A stretch of 64,000 nucleotides of DNA from Candidatus Krumholzibacteriota bacterium (GTDB lineage Bacteria > Krumholzibacteriota > Krumholzibacteriia > JAJRXK01). The notes beneath the pieces were generated by a model that worked only from the letters and a program-made list of their open reading frames with translations, did not search any database and was not told where the DNA came from. Within the stretch, counting starts at the first letter, position 1. The number at the start of each line of letters is the position of its first letter. Shown piece after piece: positions 1-9,819 of the stretch. The DNA lies in NCBI GenBank assembly GCA_963727455.1, contig CAVSGG010000001.1, forward strand, positions 66,743-130,742, given 5' to 3'. The translations under genes were made by a program, and so were the position numbers.

Positions 1-1743
1 GCACGCTGCGAATACGAAGAGCTCAAGAATGGCCGCGAAGCGATCATCGTCACCGAGATTCCCTACTACGTGAACAAGTCGGAGTTGATCCAGAAGATCG
101 CCCAACACGTGCGCGCGGGGATTATCGAGGGAATCGCCGATCTGGCCGACGAGAGCGACCGCAAGGGAATGCGCATCGTAATTCAACTGAAGAAGGACGC
201 GCATCGCGACGTGGTACTCAACCAGCTCTTCAAACACACAAACCTTCAGTCGACCTTTGGCGTCAACAGCATCGCTCTGGTGGGTACGCAACCGAAGCTT
301 CTGAGCCTCAAGGACATGATGTCCGAGTACTTGAAGTTTCGCGAAGAGGTCGTGGTTCGAAGAACGGAATTCGAATTGCGCAAGGCCGAAGCGCGCGCGC
401 ACATCCTCGAGGGTTATCGTATCGCGCTGGAGAACATCGACGAAGTCGTCGAACTCATCAAGAAGAGCCCGGATGGGCCGACCGCCCGAGAGCGCCTCAT
501 GGAGCGCTTCGAACTCAGCGAGGTCCAAGCTCAGGCCATTCTCGACTTGCGTCTGCAGAGACTGACCGGCCTCGAACGCGACAAGATCGAAAAGGAGTAC
601 CTGGAACTCATTCAGGAAATCGAAAGACTGCGCAGCATTCTCGCCAGCCGCAGTATGCAACTCGGCATTATCCGGGACGAACTGCTCGAGGTACGCGAGA
701 GATTCGGGGACGAACGCCGCACCGAGATCGTGGATGTGGAGGGGGAACTCTCGATCGAAGATCTCATTCCCGAGGAAGACATGGTGGTGACCATCAGTCA
801 CGGTCAGTACGTGAAGCGGCTGCCGGTCGACACCTATCGCCTCCAGGGCCGCGGTGGACGTGGTGTGACGGGCGCGAGCTTGAAGGACGAGGATTGGGTC
901 GAGCACCTCTTCGTAGCCAACACGCACCAGTACCTGTTGGTCTTCACCAGTAGCGGCCGCTGCCATTGGCTGAAGGTACACCAGATCCCCCAGGCGGGCC
1001 GCGCCGCCAAGGGCAAGGCCATCGTGAATCTTTTGGCGCTGGAACGGGAAGAGTTGGTGCGCGCCATCGTGCCCGTGCCGGGAGAGTTCGACGAGAATCA
1101 TTACGTGCTGTTTGTCACCGAGGCGGGACTGGTCAAGCGGACCTCGCTGGATCAGTTCTCCAACATTCGCCGCTCGGGAATCCGGGCCATCGACATCGTC
1201 GAGGGGGACCGCCTCATGGGCGCGGCGCTCACCGACGGCAGCACCCACGTGATCCTCGGCGTGAGGTCGGGAAAGTCGATCCGCTTCGACGAGAACGACG
1301 TGCGGCCCATGGGGCGCACCGCCCGCGGAGTGAAGGGAATCGAGCTCTCCTCGGGCGACGACCGCGTGGTGGGGATGATCGTGACCGACCCCAACGAAGA
1401 GGTCAGCGTGCTCTCGGTGACCGAGAACGGGTATGGCAAGAGAACTCCGCTGACGGAGTATCGCCCGCAGGGTCGCGGGGGCAAGGGCATCATCACCATG
1501 AACATCACCAAGAGGAACGGTCCTCTGGTGGGAGTCCAGCTCGCGCGCGAGGAGGACAGCCTCATGGTGATCACCCGCAACGGGATCGTGATCAAGATGG
1601 CCATGGAGAGCATCTCCAGCATGGGCCGCAACACCCAGGGCGTCCGACTCATCAACCTGGACGAGGAGGATGTGGTGGCCACGGTGGCGCCGGTTGCGGA
1701 GAACTCCGAGCTGGAAGCGGAGGGCGAGGACGACGCGGAATAG
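1..1743 (+). CDS. gyrA: DNA gyrase subunit A (5'-truncated by window edge)
   Basis: Frame open from base 1 (IIVTEIPYYVNK); QAQAILDLRLQRLTGLE; GyrA-box QGRGGRG; C-terminal beta-pinwheel repeats; acidic tail. Confidence 0.96.
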   Translation, partial: ARCEYEELKNGREAIIVTEIPYYVNKSELIQKIAQHVRAGIIEGIADLADESDRKGMRIVIQLKKDAHRDVVLNQLFKHTNLQSTFGVNSIALVGTQPKLLSLKDMMSEYLKFREEVVVRRTEFELRKAEARAHILEGYRIALENIDEVVELIKKSPDGPTARERLMERFELSEVQAQAILDLRLQRLTGLERDKIEKEYLELIQEIERLRSILASRSMQLGIIRDELLEVRERFGDERRTEIVDVEGELSIEDLIPEEDMVVTISHGQYVKRLPVDTYRLQGRGGRGVTGASLKDEDWVEHLFVANTHQYLLVFTSSGRCHWLKVHQIPQAGRAAKGKAIVNLLALEREELVRAIVPVPGEFDENHYVLFVTEAGLVKRTSLDQFSNIRRSGIRAIDIVEGDRLMGAALTDGSTHVILGVRSGKSIRFDENDVRPMGRTARGVKGIELSSGDDRVVGMIVTDPNEEVSVLSVTENGYGKRTPLTEYRPQGRGGKGIITMNITKRNGPLVGVQLAREEDSLMVITRNGIVIKMAMESISSMGRNTQGVRLINLDEEDVVATVAPVAENSELEAEGEDDAE

Positions 1744-1746
1744 GCC

Positions 1747-2646
1747 CTAGTCGGCGCGCGGACTCGCCAAGAACGCGATCATGGGCCCCTCAGCCCGAGT
1801 GAAAGCGGAAGAACGCGCGAGGAAGGTCCACTCGCTGGCAGGAAAGAGCCGCTGGACCTCTTCGGGGGCAAGACGATAGCGGGTGCGGCGCGGGCCCGCG
1901 TGCGGGGCCCCGGGATCCAGCGACGATTCGCTCGCGTAGGTGCGCACGAATACGGCGCCCGCGGGCCTCAACCGCGCGCGCAGCCCTCTCATCAAAGTTT
2001 TTTCGTGGAATCGCACCATCAGCACCAGGCCGAAGGGCGCCTCGGGCAGCCGGGCAGAACTCGTCAAATTAATTTGATGAATTGTGATCCGATCCTCCAA
2101 TCCGTGGCGCCGCGCCCGGTCCTGGGCCAGAGACAGGGCATCAGGCAGGCGGTCGTAGAGATGGACCCGGTAGCCCAGGGCGGCCAGAAACACCGCATTC
2201 CGGCCATTTCCCGCCCCAAGATCCGCGACGGACCCCAGAGCGGGGGCCGGAAGCAGCGCCCGTTGCTCCTGGAGGTAAGGGTCGGGACTCCACAGGGCCC
2301 CGCGACAGGGTCCGGCCTGCAGGGGCAGCTCCTTGGCCGGCCCCGCGAAGTAGCGGGCGTCATGGCCGCGCTGCAGCAAGTACTGCGCGGCGGCGCGCGC
2401 GCGCTCGGGCTCGTCATCGAAGACGATGAGTGAGGAGTCCGTCACGGGCAGCATGTGGGCGGGAAGATCGGCTGCAAAATCCATGGCCTGACCCAAAGGC
2501 AGACACGCGCTCCCGGGGAGATGATTGGCGGCGGAAGGAGGGGGTGGGCGAAGGTCCAGGATGCGACAGCCCCAGTGCCGCGTTTCCTCGGCGAGGGCGA
2601 GAAGCTCGGAAATGCTCGCGGGGCTGAGGGCGGGGCGGGTATCCAT
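1747..2646 (-). CDS. Rhodanese-like domain fused to class I SAM-dependent methyltransferase (TehB-like)
   Basis: N-terminal ILDLR...HLPGS rhodanese pattern; SAM motif I DLGAGNGRNAVFLA. Confidence 0.7.
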   Translation of the reverse strand: MDTRPALSPASISELLALAEETRHWGCRILDLRPPPPSAANHLPGSACLPLGQAMDFAADLPAHMLPVTDSSLIVFDDEPERARAAAQYLLQRGHDARYFAGPAKELPLQAGPCRGALWSPDPYLQEQRALLPAPALGSVADLGAGNGRNAVFLAALGYRVHLYDRLPDALSLAQDRARRHGLEDRITIHQINLTSSARLPEAPFGLVLMVRFHEKTLMRGLRARLRPAGAVFVRTYASESSLDPGAPHAGPRRTRYRLAPEEVQRLFPASEWTFLARSSAFTRAEGPMIAFLASPRAD

Positions 2647-2654
2647 GGCGCGTT

Positions 2655-2663
2655 ACTCTAGCA
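2655..2663 (-). promoter_or_regulatory. Extended -10 promoter element, near-leaderless transcript
   Basis: Minus strand reads TGcTAGAGT, then 8 nt, then the ATG at 2646; no SD sequence. Confidence 0.45.
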
Positions 2664-2735
2664 GAGAACTTCTCTTCCGCGGTAGCGCCGCCCCACCCGC
2701 AGGCGCTAGTCTCCACGCGCGCCCCGGGAGGTAGC

Positions 2736-3974
2736 ATGGCCACCACGAAGATCAAGGATCCGGTCGAAGGGCTCATCGACCTGGACCGCCTGCCCGGCGT
2801 TCCCGCGGCGGCGGTGCGCGCCCTCATCGATACCCCTGAACTCCAGAGGCTGCGCCAGGTCAAGCAGCTCGGGTTCACCGAACTCGTCTACCCCGGCGCC
2901 ACCCATACGCGCTTCGCCCACAGCCTGGGCGCCTTCCAAGGTTGCCAGCGTACGATGCGCCAGCTGCGCGCTGCGGGAGCCGAGATCCCTCCCGAGTGGT
3001 TCGTCGCCACGGCCCTGGCCTGTCTGCTGCACGACCTGGGCCACGGTCCCTTCAGCCACACCTTCGAAGCCGTGGTGCAGCGCAAGCACGAGGAGTGGAC
3101 TCGAGAACTGGTGACGGGAGGCCCCGCCGTCCCCATGCGCCTCGAGGACATTCTTCCGGGCACGCTGGATCGCGTGCATCAGCTCCTGAGGGGAGCGGTG
3201 GAGGATCCGGAACTCGCATGGCTGGGAGACCTGGTGTCCAGCGCGCTCGACTGCGATCGCATGGACTATCTGCGGCGGGATTCCCTGCACACCGGCACGC
3301 GCTACGGTGCGATCGATCGGGACTGGCTGATCCGGGCCATGGTCCCCAGCCGCGACCGCCGCGCCATCCTGGTGGTCGAGCAGGGACGCAGCGCGGTGGA
3401 ACAGTATCTGATCGGGCGCTACCACATGTTTCAGAACGTCTACTTGCACAAGACCGGGCGTGGCTTCGAGACGGCCTTCCGCGGGCTGTGCCGCCGCTTG
3501 CAGATTCTCGGCCCCGGTGCGACTCCCAGAGAGTGCCGGGTCATGCACATCCTGCACGAGGAAACCCTCGGCTTGGAGCGGTATCTCACTCTGACCGACG
3601 CCCACTTCCTGGTCGATCTCGACGCCCTGGTTGCGCACGAAGACTTGACCGTCCGCGTCCTGGCCCAGGCGCTGCGCTTCCGCCGTCCCTTGCGCAGTAT
3701 CTCCTCCGACGGAGGGAGCGAAGCGCTCCAGGAGGAATTCGAGCGGCAGCGCGCTCGCGCGGACAAGGCCGGCCTGGATCCGGACTGCGCAGTGTGGGTG
3801 GATCGCGCAGCCGACGTTCCCTACCGCCCCTACTCACCGAGCGAGGGACGCAAGGGTCTGCGCGTGCGCACCGCATCCGGCCGTTTGGTGGACATCACCG
3901 AACTCAGCCCCACCCTCCGGGTGCTCGCGGAGCCGGTGGTGGTGCACCGGCTGTACTGGGTGGCTTTGCAGTGA
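2736..3974 (+). CDS. HD-domain phosphohydrolase (SAMHD1/YwfO-like dNTPase family)
   Basis: QRLRQVKQLG, HTRFAHSLG, LLHDLGHGPFSH, LDCDRMDYLRRD; SD GGGAGG. Confidence 0.88.
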   Translation: MATTKIKDPVEGLIDLDRLPGVPAAAVRALIDTPELQRLRQVKQLGFTELVYPGATHTRFAHSLGAFQGCQRTMRQLRAAGAEIPPEWFVATALACLLHDLGHGPFSHTFEAVVQRKHEEWTRELVTGGPAVPMRLEDILPGTLDRVHQLLRGAVEDPELAWLGDLVSSALDCDRMDYLRRDSLHTGTRYGAIDRDWLIRAMVPSRDRRAILVVEQGRSAVEQYLIGRYHMFQNVYLHKTGRGFETAFRGLCRRLQILGPGATPRECRVMHILHEETLGLERYLTLTDAHFLVDLDALVAHEDLTVRVLAQALRFRRPLRSISSDGGSEALQEEFERQRARADKAGLDPDCAVWVDRAADVPYRPYSPSEGRKGLRVRTASGRLVDITELSPTLRVLAEPVVVHRLYWVALQ

Positions 3975-4052
3975 AAACGCCCCCCGCCAGTGGCGGAGGG
4001 CGTTCCTCTCATCGATGGCGAAGGCTCTTGCCTCCGCGAATTCAGCGGCAGC

Positions 4053-5507
4053 TCAGAAGGATTCCTTCACCTCGTTGACGACTTCGGTGAGGACCTTCTT
4101 GGCGTCTCCGAACACCATGATCGCGTTGTCGTAGTCGAAGAGCTCGTTGCGGATGCCGGCAAACCCTGGCGACAGCGAACGCTTGATGATGAATACGGTC
4201 CGCGCCTCATGCACGTTGAGGATCGGCATCCCCGCAATGGGGCTGTTCGGATCGTTGATCGCCGCCGGATTGACCACGTCATTCGCCCCGAGAATGATCG
4301 CCACGTCGGTGGTCTTGAACTCGGGGTTGATATCGTCCATTTCGATGAGCTGCTCGTAGGGCACGTCGGCTTCCGCCAAGAGCACGTTCATGTGTCCTGG
4401 CATGCGCCCCGCCACTGGATGGATGGCGTAGGACACTTTGGAGCCGTGCTTCTCCAGGAGATTCGCGAGCTCTTTGGTGACGTGCTGGGCCTGCGCGACG
4501 GCCAGGCCGTAGCCAGGCACGAAGACCACCGATTCGGCGTCTTCGAGAATCATCGCCATTTCCTCCGGAGAGGACTGCTTGATGTTCGTGTAGCCCTCGC
4601 TGCCGCCGCCCGAGGTGTCACCTCCGAAGCCGCCGATGAGCACGTTGCCCAGGCTGCGATTCATCGCCTTGCACATGATCTCCGAGAGGATGATGCCCGA
4701 GGCGCCCACCAAGGAGCCCGAAACGATGAGCAGGTTGTTGCGCAGCACGAAGCCGGTCATCGCGGCCGCGATTCCCGAGTAGCTGTTCAAGAGCGAGATG
4801 ACTACCGGCATGTCGGCCCCGCCGATGGGAATGACGGCCAGGACACCCAGAATGAGCGAGGCTGCCAACACGGCGAGACAGAGGCCGAGGACGAAGGTGC
4901 CCGAGTAGCTGCCGAAGGCGAGCATCCCCGCCACTGCCAGCGCGAAGACGAAGAGCACCAGGTTCAGGATGTGCCGCCCCGGGAGGAGGATCGGGTTGCC
5001 GGTCATCTTGCCCGCCAGTTTGGCGTAGGCCACCAGGCTCCCGGTCAGAGTCACCGCTCCCACTAAGAGTGAAAGGACGGTGGACACCGCCACGTCCATC
5101 CCCCCCAGGACCTGATGGACTTCCAGGACTCCGGTGTGACCGGGCATGGCCATGGTGCTGTGCACCGCGCGCCACACTACGCTCAAGCCCACCAGAGCGG
5201 AGGCCATCCCTCCGAAGCCGTTGAACACGGCCACCATCTCGGGCATTTGAGTCATCTGCACCCGGATGGCCGCAACCGCTCCGAGCAGACTTCCCAAAAT
5301 CACGCCCGCGATCATGTAGCGGTAATCGACGGTTTGGGTCGCTCTCAGGTTGATGTCGAGCACGGTCAGTGCGATGGCCAGGAACATTCCGAAGCCAGCC
5401 AGCTGATTTCCGTGACGCGCCGTGCGCACCTTCGAGAGGCGCTTGATTCCAAAGATGAAGAACGCGGTGGATACCAGGTATCCCAGAGGAATGAGGTTGC
5501 TCTGCAT
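4053..5507 (-). CDS. pntB: NAD(P) transhydrogenase subunit beta
   Basis: PIGGADMPVVISLLNSYSG, VPGYGLAVAQAQH, HPVAGRMPGHMNVLLAEA, GANDVVNPAA. Confidence 0.96.
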   Translation of the reverse strand: MQSNLIPLGYLVSTAFFIFGIKRLSKVRTARHGNQLAGFGMFLAIALTVLDINLRATQTVDYRYMIAGVILGSLLGAVAAIRVQMTQMPEMVAVFNGFGGMASALVGLSVVWRAVHSTMAMPGHTGVLEVHQVLGGMDVAVSTVLSLLVGAVTLTGSLVAYAKLAGKMTGNPILLPGRHILNLVLFVFALAVAGMLAFGSYSGTFVLGLCLAVLAASLILGVLAVIPIGGADMPVVISLLNSYSGIAAAMTGFVLRNNLLIVSGSLVGASGIILSEIMCKAMNRSLGNVLIGGFGGDTSGGGSEGYTNIKQSSPEEMAMILEDAESVVFVPGYGLAVAQAQHVTKELANLLEKHGSKVSYAIHPVAGRMPGHMNVLLAEADVPYEQLIEMDDINPEFKTTDVAIILGANDVVNPAAINDPNSPIAGMPILNVHEARTVFIIKRSLSPGFAGIRNELFDYDNAIMVFGDAKKVLTEVVNEVKESF

Positions 5508-5510
5508 CGA

Positions 5511-5792
5511 TTACCCCTTCCTCTTGAACATCTGCAGCATGCGATCGGTCACCATGAAACCACCCACCACGTTGATCATGGCCACGGTGATGGCGACGAA
5601 GCCGAGAATGTTGGCCGTGCTCAGGCGCCCGGTCTGCGCGCAGTAGAGCGCGCCCACGATGGTGATGCCGGAAATGGCATTCGCTCCGGACATGAGCGGG
5701 GTGTGTAGAGTTGGCGGCACCTTCGTGATGAGCTCGACGCCCAGGAAGATGGCCAGCACGAAAACGGTGAGCCCCATCATGAATGGTGACAT
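5511..5792 (-). CDS. pntAB: NAD(P) transhydrogenase subunit alpha part 2 (membrane)
   Basis: VPPTLHTPLMSGANAISG, NVVGGFMVTDRML; start refined to MSPF. Confidence 0.93.
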   Translation of the reverse strand: MSPFMMGLTVFVLAIFLGVELITKVPPTLHTPLMSGANAISGITIVGALYCAQTGRLSTANILGFVAITVAMINVVGGFMVTDRMLQMFKRKG

Positions 5793-5794
5793 GG

Positions 5795-6952
5795 CTACTG
5801 TTCTCCCTTCTCGCCCAAGGCCTCGGCGGTGGCGGTGTGGATGACCTTGCCCTCGTGAAGGACGGTACATCCTCCGACGGCGGCGTCCTCGAGATCGACG
5901 CGGAAATTGCCCTCGCGATCTGTCATGTCGCTGATGAGGTTCAGAATGTTCTTGGCGTACATCTCCGAGGAGTTGACGGGGACGAGCCCCGGAACGTTCA
6001 TCATCCCAACCAGAGTGACCCCGTGTTTCACCACGGTCTCGCCGGGAACGCTCAGTTCGCAGTTTCCGCCGGTCTCGACTGCGAGGTCGACGATGACCGA
6101 ACCCACCCGCATGTTCTCCACCATCTCCGCGGTAACCAGCTTGGGGGCGGGCTTGCCCGGGATGGCCGCGGTGGTGATGACCACGTCGGCCTGTTCGATG
6201 CGTGCCTTCACCAGCTCGCGTTGCCTGGCGAGGAACTCCGCGCTCTGCTCCTTCGCATAGCCGTCCTTGTCCTCGACCTCTTGGGCATTCTCGTCGGGGG
6301 GAACCTCGATGTACTTTCCTCCCAGACTCTCCACCTGCTCCTTCACCGCCGGCCGCACGTCACTCACCTCGACGATCGCGCCCAGGCGCTTGGCCGTGGC
6401 GACCGCCTGCAGCCCCGCCACTCCGGCGCCCAAGATGACCACGTGCGCCGGCTTGATGGTCCCGGCCGGGGTTGTCATCATGGGGAAGATCTTCGGCAGA
6501 TGGTTGGCGGCCATGATCACGGCCTTGTAGCCGGAGATGTTGGCCTGGGAGCTGAGCGCGTCCATCTTCTGGGCGCGCGTGATACGCGGCATGCAATCCA
6601 TGGCCAAACAGCTCATCTTCTTGGCCTGGAGGGATCTCACCAGATCCAGATTGCGCGTGGGCCAGAGGAAGGAAATCAGCAGGCTACCCTGCTTCATCTG
6701 CTCCGCTTCCTCTTGCTGTGGCGGATGAAATTTGAGCACCAGATCGGCGGCGCCATAGCCCGCGGGGGCATCGGTCACGATCGTCGCCCCGGCCTTGCGG
6801 TAGGCGTCGTCGCTGATATAGGCCCCCTCACCGGCCTGGCTTTGAACCGAAACCGCGAAACCGGCCTTGATCAGCCGCGCCACGGTGTCAGGCGTCGCCG
6901 CCACCCGGGTCTCGCCAGGGTGTGTTTCCCTGGGAACGAAGGCGGTCAACAT
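5795..6952 (-). CDS. pntAA: NAD(P) transhydrogenase subunit alpha part 1 (NAD-binding domain)
   Basis: ETRVAATP, RITRAQKMDALSSQ, GAGVAGL, DLAVETGGNC; start refined to MLTAFVP. Confidence 0.94.
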   Translation of the reverse strand: MLTAFVPRETHPGETRVAATPDTVARLIKAGFAVSVQSQAGEGAYISDDAYRKAGATIVTDAPAGYGAADLVLKFHPPQQEEAEQMKQGSLLISFLWPTRNLDLVRSLQAKKMSCLAMDCMPRITRAQKMDALSSQANISGYKAVIMAANHLPKIFPMMTTPAGTIKPAHVVILGAGVAGLQAVATAKRLGAIVEVSDVRPAVKEQVESLGGKYIEVPPDENAQEVEDKDGYAKEQSAEFLARQRELVKARIEQADVVITTAAIPGKPAPKLVTAEMVENMRVGSVIVDLAVETGGNCELSVPGETVVKHGVTLVGMMNVPGLVPVNSSEMYAKNILNLISDMTDREGNFRVDLEDAAVGGCTVLHEGKVIHTATAEALGEKGEQ

Positions 6953-7090
6953 GAAGATTCCGTCCCGGTTAAAGGAATAGATCTGCAGCGATTTGCGCCC
7001 AAGAAGATAGTCGGACCCCTCCGGGGGTCCAAGACAATCCGTGGACGGCGTTTCGAATTCGAATCCGGCCCTTTTGACGCGCTGGCTTCC

Positions 7091-7120
7091 TTGACACCCC
7101 CCAAGGCCCGCGATTAGCTT
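7091..7120 (+). promoter_or_regulatory. sigma70 promoter for tRNA-His/hisS
   Basis: TTGACA-N18-TAGCTT ending 12 nt before the tRNA. Confidence 0.6.
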
Positions 7121-7132
7121 AGACGCCCACGT

Positions 7133-7209
7133 GCTGGCGTAGCTCAGCTGGTTAGAGCACCAGATTGTGGATCTGGGGGTCGGTGGTTCGAATCCACCCG
7201 CCAGTACCA
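7133..7209 (+). tRNA. tRNA-His(GTG), atypical: no encoded G-1, G1:U72, discriminator A73, CCA encoded
   Basis: Acceptor stem GCTGGCG/CGCCAGT then A-CCA; D arm GCTC/GAGC; anticodon arm CCAGA-TTGTGGA-TCTGG; T arm GGTGG-TTCGAAT-CCACC. Confidence 0.96.
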
Positions 7210-7250
7210 TGCATCCTCCCTCGGCCTTTGAGGGCCCCGAACTCTTGCTC

Positions 7251-8678
7251 ATGGCAAAGCGTATCGAAGCCAAGCTCGCCAAGGGAATGCGCGACATCGT
7301 CGGCGCGCCGATTCGGCGTAGACAGCGTATGATCGAGACCGTTCAGGGTGTGTTCGAGCGCTTTGGCTTCCAGCCCCTGGAAACGCCCGTCATCGAGGCC
7401 CGAGAAGTACTCGTGGGCGCCAAGGCCGGCGAGACCTCCCAGCGCATCTTCAGCTGGCGGCACGAGGAGGAGGATGCGGAGCTGGGGCTCCGTTTCGATC
7501 TCACCGTGCCTTTGGCGCGCTTCGTGGCCGCGCACCCCGAGCTGCGGCGGCCCTTCAAGCGCTATCAGGTGGGACCGGTCTTTCGGGTGGATAAGCCGGG
7601 CGCGGGGCGCTTTCGCGAATTCCTGCAGTTCGACATCGATACGGTGGGCAGCCGGTCCATGTTGGCCGACGCTGAGATCCTGGGCGCGATGAGCGAGGCT
7701 CTGAGAGCGCTGGGGCTGCCCTCGCACACCATTCGCTGGAACCACCGCGGCGTACTGAACGCCGCCCTGCGCCGCGCGAAGATCGAGCCCAGCCGGGCCG
7801 CCGGCGTCATTCGCATTCTGGACAAGGAAGACAAAATCGGAATCGAAGGGGTACGGGCGGAACTGGGAGGAGGGCGCATCGACGCGGAATCGGGCGCACC
7901 CATCCCCGGCCTCGGCCTCCCGGAGCCACAGATCCACGCACTGGGCGAGTTCCTCGAGCTGCATGACGAGACGGATGACGGGCTGGTCGAGAAATCCAAG
8001 CGCTTCTTGGCGGGCACGAAAAGCGCCGAGGCGGCACTGAAGGAAATCGACGAACTCAGGGCCCATCTGGAAGTCATGGGTTGCGCCGAGCGGGTGCGCT
8101 TCTCGCCCAATCTCGCGCGCGGGATGGACTACTACACCGGCCCCATCTTCGAGGCCACGCTCGATGAGCTGCCCGACTATGGATCGATCATGGGCGGAGG
8201 CCGCTACGACGAGCTCGTCTCCCGCTTCAGCGGCGAGCAGTTGCCCGGAGTGGGGGCCTCGATCGGGGTCGACCGCCTGCTGGCTGCGCTCGATCAACTC
8301 GAGAGCCGCAAGCAGAGCGGGACGGTCACCGAAGTGCTCGTTACCACGATGGACCGCAAGCTTACCCTTACTTACCAGGCCCTGGTTCGCGAGCTGCGCG
8401 AGGCCGGGCTGAATGCGGAAATCTATCTGAATCCCAAGGCGCGTCTGGGTGATCAGCTCAAGTACGCGTCCTTCTGGCAAATTCCCTATGCCGTCATCGT
8501 GGGCGAGGACGAGCTGAAGGAAGAAAAGGTCACGATCAAGGATCTCGAGGAAGGCGCGCGCGCGGCTTCCAAGATGGACGATCGGGCCGAGTGGGTCGAA
8601 CAACGTCCCGGACAGTTCTCATTGGATCGGGCGAGTTTGATTCCGACCCTCAAGAAGCTTCTCGGGCACGGAGGCTGA
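7251..8678 (+). CDS. hisS: Histidine--tRNA ligase (divergent alphaproteobacterial/Caulobacter-like type)
   Basis: KGMRD, LRFDLTVPLAR, motif 2 FRVDKPGAGRFREF, RGMDYYTG, GGGRYD, GASIGVDR; C-terminal anticodon-binding domain. Confidence 0.95.
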   Translation: MAKRIEAKLAKGMRDIVGAPIRRRQRMIETVQGVFERFGFQPLETPVIEAREVLVGAKAGETSQRIFSWRHEEEDAELGLRFDLTVPLARFVAAHPELRRPFKRYQVGPVFRVDKPGAGRFREFLQFDIDTVGSRSMLADAEILGAMSEALRALGLPSHTIRWNHRGVLNAALRRAKIEPSRAAGVIRILDKEDKIGIEGVRAELGGGRIDAESGAPIPGLGLPEPQIHALGEFLELHDETDDGLVEKSKRFLAGTKSAEAALKEIDELRAHLEVMGCAERVRFSPNLARGMDYYTGPIFEATLDELPDYGSIMGGGRYDELVSRFSGEQLPGVGASIGVDRLLAALDQLESRKQSGTVTEVLVTTMDRKLTLTYQALVRELREAGLNAEIYLNPKARLGDQLKYASFWQIPYAVIVGEDELKEEKVTIKDLEEGARAASKMDDRAEWVEQRPGQFSLDRASLIPTLKKLLGHGG

Positions 8679-8763
8679 AAGCCCGCACGCGCCCGGGGAA
8701 TCTCGCTGCACGCGCCTCCCCCGCGCGCCTGCTGGAATGCGCTGTGCTATACTTTTTCTTTCC

Positions 8764-9819
8764 ATGACCAGGTTTTCCGCATCCACTTTCCAACGAACGC
8801 TGGCCAGTTTCGGCGCAGTGGTCTTCGTGCTGCTCGCCATGGAGATCGTGCTGCGCTTGTTCATCGCAACCCCCTCCACCACCGAACCTGACCCGCAGTT
8901 CGAGTACTTTCAGCGCCCTTATTCACGCCAGGTATTCAGTTCGGAGGGCTACAGCAGAACTCGCCTCAATCGCTACGGCTTCAACGACAGCGATCCACTG
9001 CCGAAGAAGCCGCCCCTGCGGGCGTTGATCGTGGGAGATTCTTTCACCGAGGCGATGCAGGTGTATCCCGATCAGAACTTCGGGAGCATTGCCGAGTCGC
9101 AGGTAAACGGCCTGGAAGTCTGCAACGCGGGGCGTTCCGGTTGGGGACCACCGGATATCGCGGCCTTTGTGAAGCTGCGCGCGGCCGAGTTTCGCCCCGA
9201 CCTCCTGGTCATCCAATGCAACGATCTCGATCTCCAGGAGTTTACGCGCGACTGGGAAATCCATCTCCGCCGGACGGACGATGGATACCAGCTCGTCATC
9301 CCCAAGAAGCCCGCCGCCAGCAGTGGGGTTCAGCGCTGGGGCGCCGACCTGAAGCGCGCCTCTGCCCTATTCACGCTCATCCAGAGACGAATCGACGTCC
9401 TGACTCGCCTGGAGCGAGACCGGCTCGAGAAACACTTTTCTCCACCGCCCGCGCAGGCGGCCGAGAATTCCGATACCAATTTTCCTTCCGACGCGGTGGA
9501 CATGCTGGTGTATCTGTACCGTCAAATGTCCCGCATTTATCCCGACATCATCTATCTCTACATTCCGCGAATCGATTATTCCAAGAACGGGGGAGAGCTC
9601 ACCACGCCGCAGAACCGCGAGGTGTACTTGGAGTTTGCCAGGCGCTGTGGGGTTACGCTCATCGATCCCACCGACGCCCTCTTGAAGGAATACCATCGGA
9701 GCGGACAGCCCTGTCACGGCTTTCAAAACAGCGAAATGGGAAAGGGCCACATGAACGCGCGCGGTCACCGAGTGGTAGGCAAGTTGCTCGCTGAAGAGTT
9801 GAGGAAACATCTACCATGA
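8764..9819 (+). CDS. Membrane-anchored SGNH/GDSL-like protein (AlgJ/AlgX-type O-acetylation partner), paralog 1
   Basis: N-terminal TM helix; VGDSFTE block I; NAGRSG; C-terminal GHMNARGH; overlaps the MBOAT start (ATGA). Confidence 0.75.
   Translation: MTRFSASTFQRTLASFGAVVFVLLAMEIVLRLFIATPSTTEPDPQFEYFQRPYSRQVFSSEGYSRTRLNRYGFNDSDPLPKKPPLRALIVGDSFTEAMQVYPDQNFGSIAESQVNGLEVCNAGRSGWGPPDIAAFVKLRAAEFRPDLLVIQCNDLDLQEFTRDWEIHLRRTDDGYQLVIPKKPAASSGVQRWGADLKRASALFTLIQRRIDVLTRLERDRLEKHFSPPPAQAAENSDTNFPSDAVDMLVYLYRQMSRIYPDIIYLYIPRIDYSKNGGELTTPQNREVYLEFARRCGVTLIDPTDALLKEYHRSGQPCHGFQNSEMGKGHMNARGHRVVGKLLAEELRKHLP

Noticed and set aside
1-1743. ParC rather than GyrA
   Set aside because: GyrA-box and acidic tail are present
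7133-7250. tRNA-His as an integration site
   Set aside because: No duplicated tRNA 3' end or integrase seen; hisS follows directly
6953-7297. N-terminal extensions of the pntA and hisS ORFs
   Set aside because: They run through the tRNA-His gene and promoter; homologous sequence starts at 6952 and 7251
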